Origin: an uncultured Flavobacteriaceae bacterium | GTDB taxonomy: Bacteria; Bacteroidota; Bacteroidia; Flavobacteriales; Flavobacteriaceae | Reading direction: 5' to 3' | DNA: 45,935 nt | NCBI GenBank assembly: GCA_964572365.1 | Contig: CAZNFK010000001.1 | Coordinates: 17,522-63,456, forward strand | In this document: piece after piece, positions 45,844 to 45,935 of the stretch | Position numbering within the stretch: the stretch's first letter is position 1 | How the letters are laid out: each line of letters begins with the position of its first letter | Made by a program: the position numbers and the translations under genes | The notes under the pieces: generated by a model | Database searches by the model: none | The model's input: only the letters and a program-made list of their open reading frames with translations | Told to the model about the DNA's origin: nothing

Positions 45844-45935
45844 TTACAAATTTTTGAAATTATATATTTTCCCCGGGGTTACGCAGTAGTCCAAAGGAAT
45901 ATCGTGGGGAGTGGCTTCAATGGGTTCTTTTTCGG
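45844..45935 (-). CDS. 3' end of 5-formyltetrahydrofolate cyclo-ligase (partial)
   Basis: The minus strand reads EKEPIEATPHDIPLDYCVTPGKIYNFKNL*; HD-x-x-LD-x-x-x-TP is the typical C-terminal motif of this family. Confidence 0.75.
   Translation of the reverse strand, partial: EKEPIEATPHDIPLDYCVTPGKIYNFKNL

Overview
Core-genome region of a Flavobacteriaceae (Bacteroidota) chromosome. The assignment rests on TAnnTTTG -7 promoter elements, A-rich start contexts without Shine-Dalgarno sequences, the bat operon and a type-2 IleRS. The window holds about 49 CDS. These are an EamA transporter, CapA-like phosphoesterase, GNAT and soluble acyl-ACP desaturase; an AKR-like/SDR/Schlafen(AlbA_2)-like/metallophosphoesterase cluster; a DUF4382 lipoprotein; moxR-DUF58-batABCDE; a small ORF-sulP-carbonic anhydrase unit; cvpA; pheS with a missed 55-aa membrane ORF; gpsA; yicC-gmk-nadD; lipid hydrolases; a Cys/Met PLP lyase; gdhA; recO-TonB receptor; ileS-dksA-like-lspA; a PAS kinase/receiver pair; and the 3' end of 5-formyl-THF cyclo-ligase. 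I saw no rRNA, tRNA, CRISPR array or mobile element. The best candidate for an undescribed system is a 96-aa leader ORF with a hydrophobic N-terminus and C-terminal PPP. Its last codons and stop can pair (17 of 19 bp) with the sulP start codon region, an architecture resembling arrest-peptide translational attenuation of a bicarbonate transporter/carbonic anhydrase operon. Other leads are a probable sRNA between gpsA and nadD, a Schlafen-like protein coupled to a phosphoesterase, an AKR that lacks its catalytic tetrad, a GIHH-motif IleRS, an inverted heptamer array inside the bat operon, and probable leaderless genes. All family calls come from motif recognition, not database searches.
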